From: the human T2T-CHM13v2.0 reference genome, Homo sapiens | Direction: 5' to 3' (one strand) | Assembly (NCBI RefSeq): GCF_009914755.1 | Contig: NC_060939.1 | Length of the DNA stretch: 64,000 bases | Shown here: positions 62,900-64,000 of the stretch, one piece after another | How positions within the stretch are numbered: position 1 is the first letter of the stretch | Layout of the letters: every line of letters begins with the position of its first letter | Translations under genes and position numbers: made by a program | The notes under the pieces: generated by a model | Told to the model about the DNA's origin: nothing | The model's database searches: none | What the model saw: the letters and a program-made list of their open reading frames with translations, nothing else

Positions 62900-63219
62900 C
62901 CTACATGTTAAATAAATGAACAAATGCACATGTAGCTCACAGTAACAACTTGGGGGAAATGACATGTGGACAGGCCCAGGCTTATGAAAACATGCCAACC
63001 TCACCATCCTGGGGTTTAGGACTCTGGCTCAGTGCTGAGCATGTCAGACTCCCACCTACATATATGTTAAATAAATGAACAAATGCACATGTAGCTCACA
63101 GTGACAACTTGGGGGAAATGACATGTGGACAGGCCCAGGCTTATGAAAACATGCCAACCTCACCATCCTGGGGTTTAGGACTCTGGCTCATTGCTGAGCA
63201 TGTCAAGACTCCCACCTAC
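62900..63219. repeat. Direct tandem duplication, period 159 nt
   Basis: atgttaaataaatgaacaaatgcac... at 62905 and 63064; three differences between copies. Confidence 0.96.
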
Positions 63220-63769
63220 CTGGGTGGCTCCCCACCCAGGCTGCTTCATCTTTTCAAACATTCCTCCCACTTGCTCCTTCCTCCCACCTGAACAAAGGAA
63301 GTATACAAATATTTTTTCAACGATTGAACGCTTCCCCATGGTGCTCTTTCTCCCTCTAACTTCTCTCTCTCCCCCTCTAACTTCTCTCTCTCCAATCTGC
63401 TTTGCCCACAACACTGATAACAAGCTCAGGGTCACATGGTCCAGTGTCTCTCCTCCTTCCACCTGAAGACCTAAGGTTTGGAAGTTACTTTTGATAAGGC
63501 TAGCATATTTAATTATACAGACTCAGTTGCCTCCACATGTTGCTGCTGTCCTTTGACTCCTGATTACAGTCACAGCACTTGGTGGCCCTGCCTACCTCAC
63601 CTTGAGCCTCTGGGGCTCACTCTGGCCACAATGGATCAAAGAAGCCACTGAAAAAGATAAGTGCCACCATCCAAAGACTCCCACGCACAGTGGACATGGC
63701 AGGGATGCTACAGTCTCCAGGGGATATCCCTGCTATAAATCTGTAGACCCCAGCCACCTAGCCAGAGGT

Positions 63770-64000
63770 TTTGCTTCAAGGATTGGCAGAGTCTTTTTAT
63801 AAAAGGGCCAGAGAATAACTATTCTAGGCTTTGTGGGCAATACAGTCTGTTGCAACTAGTTAACCCTGCTGTTGTAGCACAAAAGCAGCCATAGGTAATT
63901 TGTAAATGAATGAGCAGGGCTGTGTTCCAACAAAACTTTATTACAAAAACAGGAATAGGCCAAATTCAGCCTATGGGCAGTAGTTTGCCAATCCCTGTCC
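63770..64000. mobile_element. MER58A hAT MITE
   Basis: gattggcaga...aaagggccaga...gtgttccaacaaaacttta...gtagtttgccaatccctg. Confidence 0.82.

Noticed and set aside
62900-63219. CRISPR-like or array interpretation of the direct repeats
   Set aside because: Two adjacent copies without spacers, in a human intron.

Overview
Human genomic DNA: Alu/L1-dense, with an AluYa5. Gene order matches my recollection of 15q25.2. Two genes lie in tandem on the minus strand. (1) The 3' part of AP3B2 (neuronal AP-3 beta-3B): 13 coding exons between 55143 and 47796, all GT-AG and phase-consistent, including a 57-nt cassette exon, with an AATAAA at 47531-47536. (2) The 5' part of CPEB1: a CpG-island promoter (~34450-37030), the MAFPL first coding exon (36081-36095) and the 175-nt [10 protein letters not shown] exon (15423-15597). 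The rest is intronic or intergenic and largely transposon-derived. Almost all ORFs in the supplied track are Alu/L1 or GC-rich noise. No prokaryotic-type system is present. The best leads are: (a) the AP3B2 cassette exon, next to a (UG)16 tract, encodes a [DE]XXXL[LI] motif and creates a YXX-phi motif at its junction, i.e. a possible splice-switchable pseudo-cargo in AP-3's own hinge; (b) an antisense Tigger2 segment has been exonised into an in-frame 32-aa alternative CPEB1 N-terminus; (c) several repair and retrotransposition scars: a GC-rich dimer insert, a templated 50-bp insertion, triple TSDs and a 159-bp microhomology duplication. Repeat family names and boundaries come from visual recognition and are approximate.
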